Assembly (NCBI GenBank): GCA_964500525.1
Contig: CAZCOE010000066.1
Span: 1 to 49,754, forward strand
Direction: 5' to 3'
DNA from: an uncultured Clostridia bacterium
Lineage (GTDB): Bacteria; Bacillota; Clostridia; RGIG7378
DNA length: 49,754 nucleotides
The notes below the pieces were generated by a model that was given only the letters and a program-made list of their open reading frames with translations, searched no databases and was not told the DNA's origin. The position numbers were made by a program, and so were the translations under genes. Of this stretch, positions 17,288-26,858 are shown piece by piece; positions within the stretch are counted from its first letter, which is position 1, and each line of letters starts with the position of its first letter.

Positions 17288-18167
17288 TCAGTGGCCCGGT
17301 GTTGCAGCTTGGGGCCTCAGACTGATCACCGATGTGTGGTTTGGAAACATAGATGTATTCTTCGTTCGCCTGCTGTCAATGGTCCTCCACGAAGCAGCCC
17401 ATATTATTGCAGGAGTCATTCTCCTGGGTCAATGGCCCAGGGAGTTTCGGATAATGCCCTGGGGATTTTATCTCCACATAGATATGGAATTCTCTCCGGT
17501 GTGGAAGCGGATTATTGTTCTGCTGGCAGGACCCGGTGCGAACATGATGCTCTGGCTTATATTCCGCAGGCTGTCCATGGAAGTGTATGGGGAGATGAAC
17601 CTGATATTGATGCTGTTTAACCTGGTGCCTGTGCCGCCTCTGGACGGAGGCCTGCTGGCTCAGTCACTGGGGCTGCATTCCAGATTGCCAGGAACACTGA
17701 CACAGCTCCGGGAGCTGGCCCCTGCCCTGTTGGGCTCCTGCATTGCAGCAACCGGGATACTGCATATCAACCTGGGGATCCGCGTGCTGATACCAATTCT
17801 GTGTGGAGTGGCTCTGTTGACTCCCCGCCAGGACAAAGGAGAGATGATTATGATGGGAATGTCTGCCCATATGGCCAAGCGCAGGAGGCTGCGGAAAAAC
17901 CGTTTCCTGGAACTGCGGACTGTGGCTGTAAATGAGGAAACCCAGATACAGAAAATCGCGGAGCACATGCCCCGCGACACCTATAACGTATATTGTGTAT
18001 TGGCAGAAGATATGACACCCTGCGGATATGTCAGTGAGACTCAGCTCCTGGATGCCATGCTGGCAGGTCAGATGGAATGGCCTGTGGCAGCTATTACAAA
18101 TCCCGGACCAGGTCCCTCCAATCCAGGTCTCCGCGCTCCAAGCCGTGGATCAAGATCTCTGCTGTAG
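17268..18167 (+). CDS. M50-family site-2 metalloprotease (SpoIVFB-like)
   Basis: 299 aa. HEAAH (HExxH) lies in a hydrophobic segment, followed by NLVPVPPLDGG (NxxPxxxLDG). The start codon is uncertain. The last 74 nt overlap the convergent mgsA. Confidence 0.75.
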   Translation: MKGRFRNQWPGVAAWGLRLITDVWFGNIDVFFVRLLSMVLHEAAHIIAGVILLGQWPREFRIMPWGFYLHIDMEFSPVWKRIIVLLAGPGANMMLWLIFRRLSMEVYGEMNLILMLFNLVPVPPLDGGLLAQSLGLHSRLPGTLTQLRELAPALLGSCIAATGILHINLGIRVLIPILCGVALLTPRQDKGEMIMMGMSAHMAKRRRLRKNRFLELRTVAVNEETQIQKIAEHMPRDTYNVYCVLAEDMTPCGYVSETQLLDAMLAGQMEWPVAAITNPGPGPSNPGLRAPSRGSRSLL

Positions 18168-18495
18168 CCATGTTTGTGGCATAGGGCACGTCGTGTATGT
18201 CACAGTGGGTGAAGAGCTGTCCCTCCTCATCATAGGCATTGGACCCGGGCAGAGTGTTGGTAAAGTAGATCATCATGTCTATCTCGCCGCAGATAATCTT
18301 GGTGTCCAACTGTCTCAGACCTCCCAGCAGACCGGGGGACAGGGATTCAATAGGCAGCTTGGTATTCTCCATAATAGCATCTGCTGTAGATCCTGTGGCG
18401 AACAGCTTGTGTGCAGACAATACGCCAGAATATGCAACGCAGAAGTTTGCCATTAGTTCCTTTTTATTGTCATGAGCAATAAGTGCGATGTTCAT
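18094..18495 (-). CDS. mgsA: methylglyoxal synthase
   Basis: 133 aa. MNIALIAHDNKKELM...ATGSTA...: classic MgsA. Confidence 0.92.
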   Translation of the reverse strand: MNIALIAHDNKKELMANFCVAYSGVLSAHKLFATGSTADAIMENTKLPIESLSPGLLGGLRQLDTKIICGEIDMMIYFTNTLPGSNAYDEEGQLFTHCDIHDVPYATNMATAEILIHGLERGDLDWRDLVRDL

Positions 18496-18533
18496 AAATC
18501 CCCGTCAAAATAGATCCAAAATGGTTGATAAAG

Positions 18534-18812
18534 TCAGCTCTCGGCCTCCCTGGGATATATAGGCACAGTCACTTCCATATATGGAATGGCGCCTACCCCT
18601 TCCAAGGAATTCCGCATTCTAATTATAACACGAATGTCGCTTTCTTCAATACCCACATGCTTCTTCAGTGTCCTCACCAAGTCCTGGGTGATTATGTCCA
18701 GCTTGTCCGGGGCGATGTTGGTTTTGTCCATGATAAAACTTCTCTCCAGCCGCATTGCAGCCTCCTTGCCGGAGGTGCCTTTCCTGTCCTTCAATATGTC
18801 TAATATGTTCAT
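18534..18812 (-). CDS. minE: cell division topological specificity factor MinE
   Basis: 92 aa directly after minD. The N-terminal MNILDILKDRK...AAMRLE pattern is typical of MinE. Confidence 0.85.
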   Translation of the reverse strand: MNILDILKDRKGTSGKEAAMRLERSFIMDKTNIAPDKLDIITQDLVRTLKKHVGIEESDIRVIIRMRNSLEGVGAIPYMEVTVPIYPREAES

Positions 18813-18820
18813 TCTTCCTC

Positions 18821-19597
18821 CTAACTCTCCACCGCAGATCTTGCACCGGTGGTCTTTCCATAGGGCATGTCCATAAGGGATCCTGTAATGCGGGATGCTA
18901 TTTTGCGAAATTCCCGGCCTGCATGAGATCTGAGGCTGCGGGCTGTCAATTCTCCCCGGTTGGTGCTGATAACAACGGCCTTGTCGTCGGGCACATATCC
19001 AATAGAGCTTACTCCCAGGATGTTCTCAATGTCCTGGCAGGATACCATATTGCCCTTTCGCATCATCTCACCTCGGATTTTGTTGATAATCAGCCTGATG
19101 CTGAATATTCCATCGCTGGACAGCACACCTATAATCCGGTCTGCGTCCCTGATAGCGGCCACCTCCGGGGTGGTAATGACTATGGCCTCATCCGCTCCTG
19201 CCACCGAGGTGCGATAGCCCCGATCTATTCCAGCCGGACAATCAATGAGCACGTAGTCAAAGGCCTCCTTCAGGGAACGACATATCCACTCCATGTGCTC
19301 CGGAGTCATCAATTCTATGTTTCTATGCTGTTCTGCAGGCAGCAGGTACAGGTTTTCGCTGCGTCTGTCCCGGATCAGGGCACTCCTTATGGTGCACTTG
19401 CGCTGGGCCGCATCCAGTGCCGTAAAGACGATTCTGTTTTCCAATCCCATGATGACATCCAGATTTCTGAGTCCCATGTCACCGTCCACCAAGGCCACAC
19501 TGTAGCCCATATCAGCCAGCGCAGCTCCGATGTTGGCAGTACACGTGCTCTTGCCTACTCCACCCTTGCCTGATGTGATAATAATACTTTTGCCCAT
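18821..19597 (-). CDS. minD: septum site-determining ATPase MinD
   Basis: Preferred start is ATG 19597 (MGKSIIITSGKGGVGKST, deviant Walker A) with GGAGG upstream. The ORF track starts at 19636. Confidence 0.92.
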   Translation of the reverse strand: MGKSIIITSGKGGVGKSTCTANIGAALADMGYSVALVDGDMGLRNLDVIMGLENRIVFTALDAAQRKCTIRSALIRDRRSENLYLLPAEQHRNIELMTPEHMEWICRSLKEAFDYVLIDCPAGIDRGYRTSVAGADEAIVITTPEVAAIRDADRIIGVLSSDGIFSIRLIINKIRGEMMRKGNMVSCQDIENILGVSSIGYVPDDKAVVISTNRGELTARSLRSHAGREFRKIASRITGSLMDMPYGKTTGARSAVES

Positions 19598-19681
19598 AAA
19601 AAAACCTCCGTCATGCAAACGGAAGTATATTGTCATATAAATAGCGGATTCAAGAAGTGATTTGTCGAAGGCGAAAAAACA

Positions 19682-21772
19682 TTACTGATTGCCAAAGTAC
19701 TCCGTCAGAATGTCTCTGGCAATAGGTGCTGCATAGGAACCCCACACACCATGCTCTACCACGATGGCAACTGCTATTTCCGGATCGTCGGCAGGGGCAT
19801 AGCAAATGAAAACTGCGTTGGAGGACTCGCCAAACTGTTCCAAACCGGTTTCAGGGGTACCTGTTTTACATGCAACAGTGATCTGCTTCCCATTTACAGT
19901 GAAGTTGCTGAAGGTCTCCCATGCTGTACCGTCAACGGCGTTGGCAACAGCCATCATGCCGTCCTTTACAATTGCAACGTTAGTATCGCTGACGCCTGTA
20001 TCCTCCGTAGCAGTGAAGCCCTTGTATACAGTCTCTCCGTCGGAGTTTACAATCTTGTCCACCAGGTAGGGGGTCAGCAGATTTCCGCCGTTGGCAATGG
20101 CAGCTGTGTATCTGCACAGCTGAACAGGGGTGAAGATGTTGTACAGCTGACCGATGGAGGCCTGGGCTGTATCGGCACTTGTCCAGCCCTGTCCGTTTGT
20201 GATAGCCTTCTTTACCTCCGGGTTGTTGCGCATACCCTTCATCTCTCCGTAGATGTCGATGCCGGTATATTCCCCCAGGCCAAAGGTCTTGCACCACTTA
20301 TCTATATTGTTGATGCCTGCAAAGGATACTCCCAACTTGTGGAAGAACAGGTTGCATGAGGTCTCCAGGCCTGTAACGATATCGATAAGTCCATGGTCGT
20401 ATCCGTATTTCTTGTACTCCATGCAATATACCTTGTGACCCTGAATGTCCCATGATCCGTCGCAGTCGATGGTCATTCCCGGAGTGAACTTGCCGGATTC
20501 CAGGGCAGCGATGGCTACCAATGGCTTGAATGTGGAACCTGGGGCATAGAGTCCCTGGGTGGTTCTGTTGTAGGTGGGGCCGTTGTTTTCCTCCTTGTAA
20601 AGGTCAGCAATGGCCTGCTGGGCCTCCTCGTCATCGGCGGAGGCCAGGAACAGTGATGAATCATAGCTGGGGTAACTGACCATGGCCAATACCTTGCCGG
20701 TATTTACGTCCATAGCAATGGCAGCTCCTGCACAGGCATCGCCAAAGTTGGTCTCACCGTCGGCCTGGGAGGCTATTTTCTCAATGTTGGTCTTGAGGCT
20801 GTCGTAGGTGACCTGCTGCAGCGCCAGATCAACAGTCAGGTATATGTCGTTTCCGGGCCTGGCTGCCACTGTCTCCTGGGAGCTGATCTCCACGCCGTCG
20901 GGGTTAAGGGTAATTGTATTCTGTCCATTGTGGGGCTTGAGCCAGGATTCGTAGGTTTTCTCAATGCCCAGCTTGCCGATAACGTCGTCGGCGGAATAGT
21001 CCTTGCCTGCCTCCACCATGTCCTCGTACTCGCTGTCGGAAATGGCGGCGATGTAGCCTACCACGTGGGATACGATTTTGCCATAGCCATAGGTTCTGAA
21101 GGCTACCGGCTCGGTGAAAATACCTGTCAGGGCGTAGCTGTTTTCGTTGAGTGTGGCATAGGTGGACATGCTGATGTCCTCGGCAATCAGGATAGAACTG
21201 CCGGAAGTTGCCCACAGCAGCTCAAATCGCAATGCGGCGATAACATATGCAATGTCCGGGGTGTATTCCTCCTGATCTATGTCGAACTCCTTGAGAATGG
21301 CGTGGTACATCTCCTGGGCAGAGCACCCCTCCTCCAGATCCTCCAGGGTCAGGCCGGTGAAGTTCCGGAAAAAGGCCACTTTGTTGGCCTTGGACTTCAT
21401 GGCATAGCCATATTGGATGTCCGGATAGCTGATATATTTTCCAAAGGAATAGCTGAATTTGTCTCCGTTCTCGGACAGAGTCCGCAAAACCAGACCCAAA
21501 GTGTTATTGATATCGGTGCTGCTTACACCATGTCGAACGGCCATGTACAGGTTATAGCCAATGCGGCTGCCGGCCAATGTCTCTCCTCCCGCAGCAAAAA
21601 TCGAGCCTCTGGGAGCCTCTATAATGTGGGTCTCCAGAGTATTGCCCCCGGACAGCCCGGCTGCATTGTTCTTGCCTCCATCCAGGACCTGCAGCACAAA
21701 GAGTCTGGCTATACAGGCCACCAGCACGAAAGCAAGGAAAATATATATAATTGCAAATCTCTTCTTGCTCAT
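19682..21772 (-). CDS. penicillin-binding protein 2-type transpeptidase (elongasome PBP)
   Basis: 696 aa with an N-terminal TM helix. Motifs STFK (GSTFKP), SCN and KTGT. Positioned immediately after mreD. Confidence 0.88.
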   Translation of the reverse strand: MSKKRFAIIYIFLAFVLVACIARLFVLQVLDGGKNNAAGLSGGNTLETHIIEAPRGSIFAAGGETLAGSRIGYNLYMAVRHGVSSTDINNTLGLVLRTLSENGDKFSYSFGKYISYPDIQYGYAMKSKANKVAFFRNFTGLTLEDLEEGCSAQEMYHAILKEFDIDQEEYTPDIAYVIAALRFELLWATSGSSILIAEDISMSTYATLNENSYALTGIFTEPVAFRTYGYGKIVSHVVGYIAAISDSEYEDMVEAGKDYSADDVIGKLGIEKTYESWLKPHNGQNTITLNPDGVEISSQETVAARPGNDIYLTVDLALQQVTYDSLKTNIEKIASQADGETNFGDACAGAAIAMDVNTGKVLAMVSYPSYDSSLFLASADDEEAQQAIADLYKEENNGPTYNRTTQGLYAPGSTFKPLVAIAALESGKFTPGMTIDCDGSWDIQGHKVYCMEYKKYGYDHGLIDIVTGLETSCNLFFHKLGVSFAGINNIDKWCKTFGLGEYTGIDIYGEMKGMRNNPEVKKAITNGQGWTSADTAQASIGQLYNIFTPVQLCRYTAAIANGGNLLTPYLVDKIVNSDGETVYKGFTATEDTGVSDTNVAIVKDGMMAVANAVDGTAWETFSNFTVNGKQITVACKTGTPETGLEQFGESSNAVFICYAPADDPEIAVAIVVEHGVWGSYAAPIARDILTEYFGNQ

Positions 21773-21773
21773 A

Positions 21774-22295
21774 TCAGTAAATAGTCTTGGACCTCTTGCG
21801 TCGGTTATCCTGGACGCCTACGATAATGGTCCGGGTCACGATGTAGGGGGCAATCACTGCCAGCGTATACAGGGTTCTTGGGAAAACGCGTTTGGAAATC
21901 ATATCCACCAGCTGGGCCATTCCCTCTGTTACAAACAGGCAGGACATGGTTTCGCTGATCAGGGACGCCACCAGTATGCACACCAGGAGCCATAGATATT
22001 TCCAGATGCCCTGGGCAGCCTTGCGGAAAATGTTCACGATAAAGGCCAGGCAGGGATACATAAGCATATACAGGCCGTTGATTCCATGAATCGACAGCAT
22101 GTCCATGCAGAATCCGTTGATGGCTGCCATTACAATGCCAAAACCCTCCACCTCGAAGGCAATGCACAGTGTAAACAGCAGCAGGAAATCAGGTGTCACG
22201 CCGCCTATGGCAATATAACCTGCCAGAGTAGTCTGCAAAACCAGACAGATATACAGGCTGACTGCATATACCAGTGCCTTAATCACCTTGTTCAT
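21774..22295 (-). CDS. mreD: rod shape-determining protein MreD
   Basis: 173 aa, polytopic and hydrophobic. Position after mreC, with a 4-nt overlap. Confidence 0.8.
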   Translation of the reverse strand: MNKVIKALVYAVSLYICLVLQTTLAGYIAIGGVTPDFLLLFTLCIAFEVEGFGIVMAAINGFCMDMLSIHGINGLYMLMYPCLAFIVNIFRKAAQGIWKYLWLLVCILVASLISETMSCLFVTEGMAQLVDMISKRVFPRTLYTLAVIAPYIVTRTIIVGVQDNRRKRSKTIY

Positions 22296-23134
22296 TGTGC
22301 TGCCTCTCTATCTGCCGTCTTGAGGATCATGACAGTCTCCAGCTTGCTGAAATCCACCGCCGGCTTCACCATTGCATATTGCTCGATGCTGCTGCCCTCC
22401 TGGGCAAATGCATGGATTGTGCCTATAATCAGTCCTCCCGGGTAAATCCCGCCTATGCCTGATGTCTCCACCACGTCTCCCACCTTAAGGCCTGTAGAGG
22501 ATGGAATATACTCCATCATAAGCTTACCCTCAGTTTTGACCTGGTAGCTGCCATAGACCATGACCATTTCCCGGCTGGCGGTCATAACCGAGCTCACATA
22601 TGTGTCCTCGTCCAGCAGTGTGGATACCGTGGCAGAATTCAGCGAAACCTCGGATATGCGGCCAATCAGGCCATCCCCGTTTATAACAGTATCGTTAACC
22701 GCAATGCCGTCCTTTGAGCCCTTGTTGATAGTGAATTGGAAGAAAAATACGCCTGGGCTCTTGGCAATTACAGTGGCGTGGACATACTCGTAGTCACTGT
22801 ATTCCTCTGTGATATTCAACAGCTTACTGAGTTCCTCATTGCGCTTTGCGTAGTGCTGGTACTTCCTCAGGGTATCCTGACACTCGTTCAGCTGCTGCTT
22901 GGTGGCCTCCAGTTCTGCTCTCAGGGCCTGATTGCCCCGAATGTTTTCAAAAAAGCCATTTACGTTTTCAAAGGCGCTGGCAACCACCGATTGTCCCGGA
23001 GAAACTATGGTCTGCACCACTTTGCGGGAAGCAAGCCTGGCGCCGTCGGCCAGATAAAAGATAAAGAACAAGGCTGCACATACAAACATTGTAATGAAAA
23101 ATGCCGGCAGTATCCTGCGTACATATTGTCTCAT
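22292..23134 (-). CDS. mreC: rod shape-determining protein MreC
   Basis: 280 aa. N-terminal TM helix, coiled-coil, and a beta-rich C-terminus (GDGLIGRISEV, GGIYPGGLIIGTI). Confidence 0.88.
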   Translation of the reverse strand: MRQYVRRILPAFFITMFVCAALFFIFYLADGARLASRKVVQTIVSPGQSVVASAFENVNGFFENIRGNQALRAELEATKQQLNECQDTLRKYQHYAKRNEELSKLLNITEEYSDYEYVHATVIAKSPGVFFFQFTINKGSKDGIAVNDTVINGDGLIGRISEVSLNSATVSTLLDEDTYVSSVMTASREMVMVYGSYQVKTEGKLMMEYIPSSTGLKVGDVVETSGIGGIYPGGLIIGTIHAFAQEGSSIEQYAMVKPAVDFSKLETVMILKTADREAAQ

Positions 23135-24168
23135 TTGTCTCTCCCGCTGATAATCTTAATCTTGCTGCGCTGGTACATAAACTGCCCCGCTGCATTTGCA
23201 CCCAGCACGGTGCCGTTTTCAGGCTCCTTGCTCAGGTGTGCCTTGATACCGGTCTGGACAGACACCAGGCTCTCCAGCCCCTTTAGCTGGGACCCGCCTC
23301 CTGTCAGTATCATGCCCTTGTCATATATGCCCGACAACAGTTCGTAGGGAGTCTTCTGTTTCACGATCTCCACCATGCTGAGAATCTTCCTGACCACCTC
23401 ATCTATGCAGCCCTGAATCTCTCCTGCTGTTACGGACATGTCTCTGGGCATTCCGGAGGCCAGATCCACCGCCTTGAACATGGTCATGGCTTCGCTGTTG
23501 CTGCTGCCGCAGGCGTTGCCCAAGGTCTTCTTGATATTCTCTGCAGTTGTGGCAGAAATCGACATGCCGTATCTCCTGCGAACATGGTTAATAATGGCCT
23601 GATCTATGTCTCCGCTGCCTACGTTGATATGCTTGTAGGACACAACTCCGCCGTAGGAGAGCACTGCTGCCTCAGAGGTATCTTTGCCTATATTTACCAA
23701 CATCATGGCGTCCCAGGAATGGCCGTCATAGCCCTCGTAGAATGCCGCCGCCATGGTTTTATCCACTATGGTTGCCCGGACGTTTCCCACACCCAGGACA
23801 GCCTTCATAATATTTGTCTGCTCGATATCGTCCAATCCATACAGGGCACACACGTCGATTTTCAGCTTGGACACTCCGGCCCTGGTAATATGATTCCTGT
23901 CCAGCAAATCTGCCAGCAGGTCGGTCAATGCCTGGGGATCTGCGGCAAGTCCGTTTTTGATAGGGCGGAGGGCAGTAATGCCTCTGGGTGTGCGGCCAAC
24001 CATCTCCTGGGCCTCTGCTCCTGCAGCAACTACTGTCTTCTTTTTCGTATAGACAATAACACTGGGCTCAGAAATGACCTGGTCCCTGGCATAGCTGTAA
24101 ATACGGATGGAAGTAGCTCCGATATCCAAACCTATACGATTGTTAAGCCTACGAAATAAATTAAACAT
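23131..24168 (-). CDS. mreB: rod shape-determining actin homolog MreB
   Basis: 345 aa. GLDIGATSIRIY...EPSVIV...GRTP...RPIKNGLAAD...LTGGGSQLKGL. Confidence 0.92.
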   Translation of the reverse strand: MFNLFRRLNNRIGLDIGATSIRIYSYARDQVISEPSVIVYTKKKTVVAAGAEAQEMVGRTPRGITALRPIKNGLAADPQALTDLLADLLDRNHITRAGVSKLKIDVCALYGLDDIEQTNIMKAVLGVGNVRATIVDKTMAAAFYEGYDGHSWDAMMLVNIGKDTSEAAVLSYGGVVSYKHINVGSGDIDQAIINHVRRRYGMSISATTAENIKKTLGNACGSSNSEAMTMFKAVDLASGMPRDMSVTAGEIQGCIDEVVRKILSMVEIVKQKTPYELLSGIYDKGMILTGGGSQLKGLESLVSVQTGIKAHLSKEPENGTVLGANAAGQFMYQRSKIKIISGRDK

Positions 24169-24183
24169 GCATTAATTTTATTA

Positions 24184-25179
24184 TTACCTGATGGAACTGT
24201 CAATTTTGCTGAACACAGGCTCTGTTGTGGCCTCAGAGTCAAACTGCAGGTCGGTGTAGATGTGGTAGTACCTGTCCACTGCGTAGGAAAGGGACGCCTC
24301 TTGGTAGTTCTCTGCCAACAGTTCCGATGGGTCCAGTCTCTCTATGACATAGTATCCGGAATCCAGCTCTGTTACCTGGGAGAGCTCACCCTCCCGGAGA
24401 TTGGCAACAGCCCCAAAGTAATCCTCTGTCATGGCATCCTCTACAAACAGAATGCCCTTTTCTGTCATGGCGGTGTCCCTGTTGTATTCCTTAAGTACAG
24501 CGGCGAAGTTCTCACCGGCCGCCAACTTGTCATAGGCCTGCTGTATTGTCTGCAGGGCTTCATCCCCTGCAGGGACGAAAATGTGCCTGGATGCATAGAA
24601 ATGTCTGGACAGGAAGTCCTCTACCTCCCCCTCCGGAGCCTCAGTAATCAATGGAGAGTCCTTGTCTTCGCACAGAGCGGTATGAACCCTGGCGGTGAGG
24701 TACTTGAGATATAGGAACCTCTGGTGAAGCGCCGCTGTCATGAATTGGCCATCCAGCACCAACTCGTAGTTTCCCTCACGGCAGAATGCCTTATACTCCA
24801 GAAGCTCATTTTCCATATCTGTCTTGTCCTGGTCAGTCAGGGAAATGCCATACATCTCCGCCATAATCTCGGGAACCCAATCCTCCTGAATTGCCTCCAG
24901 AGCCTGGTTGGGAGTCAATTTGCGCTCCTTGACGTAATAGCGAACCTCTGCATATGTGACCCGGTGGGTATATTCTCTGCCTTCCCCGTCGGTGTATGTC
25001 AGGGTTGCCACAGTTGTGTCGTCGTAGCGGCCTGCCTTCACAGGAGAAAAGTCATAGTATGTGAAAAAGGCCCAGATTCCTCCTATGGCCAACAGAACCG
25101 CCAATGCTGAGACGGCGATCTTGAGTCCCTTTGCCCTGCCTGGGGTGCGTATTTTGTTCTTCTCTTTCTTTGGCGCCAT
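24184..25179 (-). CDS. membrane-anchored parvulin-type peptidyl-prolyl isomerase (PrsA/SurA-like)
   Basis: 331 aa with an N-terminal TM anchor. The C-terminal parvulin-like segment is SRHIFVP...GENFAAVLKEYNRD...GELSQVTELDSGYYVIERL. Confidence 0.7.
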   Translation of the reverse strand: MAPKKEKNKIRTPGRAKGLKIAVSALAVLLAIGGIWAFFTYYDFSPVKAGRYDDTTVATLTYTDGEGREYTHRVTYAEVRYYVKERKLTPNQALEAIQEDWVPEIMAEMYGISLTDQDKTDMENELLEYKAFCREGNYELVLDGQFMTAALHQRFLYLKYLTARVHTALCEDKDSPLITEAPEGEVEDFLSRHFYASRHIFVPAGDEALQTIQQAYDKLAAGENFAAVLKEYNRDTAMTEKGILFVEDAMTEDYFGAVANLREGELSQVTELDSGYYVIERLDPSELLAENYQEASLSYAVDRYYHIYTDLQFDSEATTEPVFSKIDSSIR

Positions 25180-25202
25180 TTTGTCCTCTGTTTCTCTGTT
25201 CC

Positions 25203-26003
25203 CTATGCCAATATCTTGGCAAGTATCATAGCTGCTGCGTATATAGTCAAAAATCCTGCAAAAACCAGGTCCGCCTTGGTAAACGACAGCTTGTTGTACT
25301 TTGTCCTGCCCTCTCCCCCTCTATAGCACCGGGACTCCATGGCATCTGCCAATTGGTCCGCTCTGGTAAATGCTCCCACTATCATGGGCAGCAATATTGG
25401 GAAGAAGCCCTTGACTCTGGCCACAATGCCCCCTGTGCTGTAGTCTGCTCCCCGGGATGCCTGGGCACGGGTTATTCTGCCGGCCTCCTCCATGAGGGGT
25501 GGAACAAACCGAATGGCAATGGTCATCATCATAGCTATGTCGTGTACCGGCACGTGAATCCTGTTAAGCGGCTTGAACATAGCCTCTATGCCGTCTGTAA
25601 GGCTGATAGGAGTGGTTGTAAAGGTAAGCAATGATACGCCCATAATCAGCAATACCAGACGTATAACCAGCCGGATTGCATTGGCAATTCCTCCGGTGGT
25701 TATGGACAGGAAGCCCATTTCCACCAGAACAGTGCCTTCCTTAACAACAAACAGGTTGATAACGGCGGTAAATGCCGCCACAAAGATGATTCCCCTGAGG
25801 CTGCGCAGGATTATCTTCCATCCCACTCCCGACACCGTGACTGCTGTGAATACCAAAACCGCCGACAGAGCCAGTCCAATAACTCCATCGGACACAAAAA
25901 TCAAAACCATGTACAAAATAGTGGCTATCAGCTTGGTCCTGGGATCCGCCCTGTGGAGAATGGAGTCCCCGGGGATATATTGTCCAATAGTAATTCTATT
26001 CAT
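25203..26003 (-). CDS. ecfT: ECF transporter transmembrane (T) component
   Basis: 266 aa polytopic protein directly after an ECF-type ATPase. The pattern ARGAD...R is typical of EcfT/CbiQ. Confidence 0.85.
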   Translation of the reverse strand: MNRITIGQYIPGDSILHRADPRTKLIATILYMVLIFVSDGVIGLALSAVLVFTAVTVSGVGWKIILRSLRGIIFVAAFTAVINLFVVKEGTVLVEMGFLSITTGGIANAIRLVIRLVLLIMGVSLLTFTTTPISLTDGIEAMFKPLNRIHVPVHDIAMMMTIAIRFVPPLMEEAGRITRAQASRGADYSTGGIVARVKGFFPILLPMIVGAFTRADQLADAMESRCYRGGEGRTKYNKLSFTKADLVFAGFLTIYAAAMILAKILA

Positions 26004-26853
26004 GGGCCTCCCCTTGGCTGTATCGGATAATAGCCTCAGTCGCTCCCTCTACGGTATAGGCGCCGGTGTCCAGACCGGGGAGAAACTCAGATAGGTTAAT
26101 GAGCAGCTGTTTTGCAAGAGGCAGCTCCAATCCGGCCTCCTCTAAGTTAGTGGACTGGGAAAAGACTTCTCTTGGTGTACCGTAGGCATGGAGTCTGCCC
26201 TGCCTGAGCACCAATATGTTGTCTGCCAATTCTGCCATGTCCTCAGCGGAATGGGACACGATAATCACAGTAATGCCCCGCTCCCTGTTAAGTGTGCGAA
26301 CCAGGTTGAGGATTTCTCTCCGTCCCTCCGGGTCCAGTCCTGCTGCAGGCTCGTCCATTACCAATATCTCCGGCTCCATAACCAGCACACCTGCAATGGC
26401 TGCCCTGCGCTTCTGACCTCCTGACAGGTCAAAGGGTGAGCGATGGCCCAGAGTCTCCGGGTCCAGTCCCACCAATCTCATGGCGTCTGCAGCCCTTTTC
26501 TCCGCCTCTGCAGCATCTACTCCACGGAGTAAAATGCCGTAGGCAATGTCCTTGAGAACGGTTTCGTCAAATAGTTGGTATTCGGGGTATTGGAAAATCA
26601 TGCCCACATGCTTCCGGACTTCTTTGAGGGTCTTGGTGCTAACCGGCACTCCATTTACTGTACAGTTGCCCTCTGTGGGCAGGAGGAGTCCGTTAAAATG
26701 TTGGGCCAGGGTAGACTTGCCCGAGCCCGTGTGTCCCATGATTGCGGTTATTTTCCCATCCGGAATCTCAAAGGTAAGGTCATACAGGGCCTCCTTTTCA
26801 AAGGGAGTATCCGGCTGGTACGTGTATGATAGATTGTGAACCTTAATGGACAT
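25996..26853 (-). CDS. ecfA: ECF transporter ATPase (EcfA2-like)
   Basis: 285 aa. GHTGSGKSTL Walker A, LSGGQKRRAAIAG signature, VMDEPAAGLD Walker B. The start is typical of EcfA2 (IKVHNLSYTY...TPFEKEAL). Confidence 0.88.
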   Translation of the reverse strand: MSIKVHNLSYTYQPDTPFEKEALYDLTFEIPDGKITAIMGHTGSGKSTLAQHFNGLLLPTEGNCTVNGVPVSTKTLKEVRKHVGMIFQYPEYQLFDETVLKDIAYGILLRGVDAAEAEKRAADAMRLVGLDPETLGHRSPFDLSGGQKRRAAIAGVLVMEPEILVMDEPAAGLDPEGRREILNLVRTLNRERGITVIIVSHSAEDMAELADNILVLRQGRLHAYGTPREVFSQSTNLEEAGLELPLAKQLLINLSEFLPGLDTGAYTVEGATEAIIRYSQGEAHE

Positions 26854-26858
26854 GTGTA

